Origin: Eledone cirrhosa
Lineage: Eukaryota
DNA length: 64,000 nt
Direction: 5' to 3'
Assembly (NCBI GenBank): GCA_964016885.1
Contig: OZ024743.1
Span: 132,184,001 to 132,248,000, forward strand
The position numbers and the translations under genes are program-made. The notes beneath the pieces are model-generated. The model was not told where the DNA came from. It made no database searches and was given only the letters and a program-made list of their open reading frames with translations. Positions 62,791 through 64,000 of this stretch are shown in pieces; position 1 is the stretch's first letter, and each line of letters starts with the position of its first letter.

Positions 62791-64000
62791 TGGTGCTTGG
62801 TGTTTGGTGTTTGGTGTTTGGTGCTTGGGGCTTGGTGTTTTGTGCTTGGTGCTTGGTGCTTGGTGTTTGGTGTTTGGTGTTTGGTGCTTGCTGTTTGGTG
62901 CTTGGTGCTTGGTTCTGGGTGGTTGGTGTTTGCTGCTTGGTGCTTGGTGTTTGGTGCTTGGTGCTTGGTGCTTGTTGTTTGGTGCTTGGTGCTTGGTGCT
63001 TGGTCTTTGGTGCTTGGTGTTTGGTGTTTGGTGCTTGGTGCTTGGTGCTTGGTGTTTGGTGCTTGGTGCTTGGTGCTTGGTGTTTGGTGCTTGGTGCTTG
63101 GTGATTAGTGTTTGTTGCTTGGTGCTTGGGGTTTGGTGGTTGGTGCTTGGTGCTTGGTGTTTGGTGTTTGGTGTTTGGTGTTTGGTGTTTGCTGTTTGGT
63201 GTCTGCTTTTTGGTGTTTGGTGTTTGTTGTATGGTGTTTGCTGTTTCGTATTTGGTTTTTGCTGTTTGGTGTTTGGTGTTTGCTGTTTGTAGTTTGGTGT
63301 TTGGTGTTTGGTGCTTGGTGCTTGGTGTTTGGTGCTTGGTGCTTGGTTTTTGGTGTTTGGTGCTTGGTACCTGGTGCTTGTTGTTTGGTGTTTGGTGCTT
63401 GGTGCTTGGTGCTTGGTGTTTGGTGCTTGGTGTCTGGTGTTTGGTGCTTGGTGCTTGGTGCTTGGTGTTTGGTGTTTGGTGCTTGGTGCTTGGTGTTTGG
63501 TGTTTGGTGCTGGGTGCTTGGAGTTTGGTGCTTGGTGCTTGGTGCTTAGTGCTTGGTGTTTGGTGTTTGGTGCTTGGTGCTTGGTGTTTGGTGTTTGATG
63601 CTTGGTGTGTGCTGCTTGGTGTTTGGTGTTTGATGCTTGGTGTGTGCTGCTTGGTGCTTGGTGCTTGTTGTTTTGTGTTTGGTGCTTGGTGCTTGGTGCC
63701 TGGTTCTTGGTGCTTGGTGCTTGTTGTTTGGTGCTTGGTGCTTGGTGATTAGTGTTTGGTGCTTGGTGCTTGGGGTTTGCTGTTTGGTACTTGGTGCTTG
63801 GTGTTTGGTGCTTGGTGCTTGGTGTTTGGTGTTTGGTGTTTGGTGCATGGTGTCTGGTGTTTGGTGTTTGGTGTTTGGTGCTTGGTGCCTGGTGTTTGGG
63901 TTTTGGTGCTTGGTGCTTGGTGTTTGGTGTTTGGTGCTTGGTGTCTGGTGTTTGGTGCTTGGTGTTTGGTGCTTGGTGCTTGGTGCTTGGTGTTTGGTGC

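Larger units (their letters stand above)
1..64000 (+). repeat. Heptameric tandem satellite array (TTGGTGY)n, ~9,100 units, running off both window edges
   Basis: Every line parses as TTGGTGC/TTGGTGT units with scattered substitution variants (TTGCTGT, TTGGTGA, TTAGTGT, TTGATGC, TTCGTGC, TAGGTGC etc.) and rare 6- or 8-bp units. No inversion, no unique sequence, and A is nearly absent on the + strand. Confidence 0.99.

Noticed and set aside
3-63752. Hundreds of overlapping + strand ORFs encoding hydrophobic W/C/L/V/G-rich repeats (up to 529 aa at 4835-6424)
   Set aside because: A stop-free 7-mer gives the same heptad in all three frames. Starts are mostly TTG/GTG taken from the repeat. There is no frame preference, and frameshifting 6-bp units and stops are tolerated and duplicated.
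26009-63848. Minus-strand ORFs with TKHQAPS/TKHQTPN repeats (e.g. 26009-26473, 58024-58683), superficially mucin-like or RNA polymerase II CTD-like heptads
   Set aside because: They begin at chance CAT variants of the satellite, have no unique domain and are simply the antisense translation of the repeat.
1-64000. CRISPR array or diversity-cassette system suggested by recurring landmarks with variable intervening sequence
   Set aside because: There are no unique spacers, leader, cas genes or reverse transcriptase genes. The intervening DNA is the same heptamer.
1-64000. Similarity to bacterial heptamer repeats such as cyanobacterial STRR elements
   Set aside because: Those tracts are typically short and lie between or within genes. 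A gene-free array of at least 64 kb with kilobase higher-order structure does not fit.
1-64000. G-quadruplex potential, or nucleosome phasing (21 units = 147 bp; 3 units = about 2 helical turns)
   Set aside because: The consensus has only GG doublets with 5-nt loops, which could form weak two-tier structures at best. The numerical coincidences follow from any 7-mer, and I saw no 147-bp periodicity of variants.
1-64000. The whole window as a sequencing or basecalling artefact
   Set aside because: Rare variants are reproduced exactly across copies kilobases apart in a nested pattern, which random error would not produce. Copy numbers of the youngest duplications could still be misassembled.

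Overview
The whole 64-kb window is one uninterrupted, single-orientation tandem satellite. Its unit is the 7-bp TTGGTGY (TTGGTGC and TTGGTGT interspersed; reverse complement RCACCAA), about 9,100 copies. The + strand is almost entirely T/G with very few A. I see no credible protein-coding gene, RNA gene, mobile element or CRISPR array. The ORFs in the track are artefacts of a stop-free 7-mer, which gives the same 7-residue pattern (LGAWCLV/FGVWCLV; minus strand TKHQAPS) in every frame. The informative signal lies in the C/T pattern and the rare variant units. These reveal nested kilobase-scale duplications with periods of 4439, ~5850 (~3422+2428), 1771, ~4010, 5662, ~3470, 4450 and ~2050 bp, plus many 35-570 bp duplications. 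They also show a haplotype transition at ~28.7 kb, one junction that maps to 3 bp, and a possible CpG-deamination footprint. It looks like a eukaryotic heterochromatic, centromeric or telomere-like satellite under active expansion. The organism and function cannot be determined from the sequence alone.
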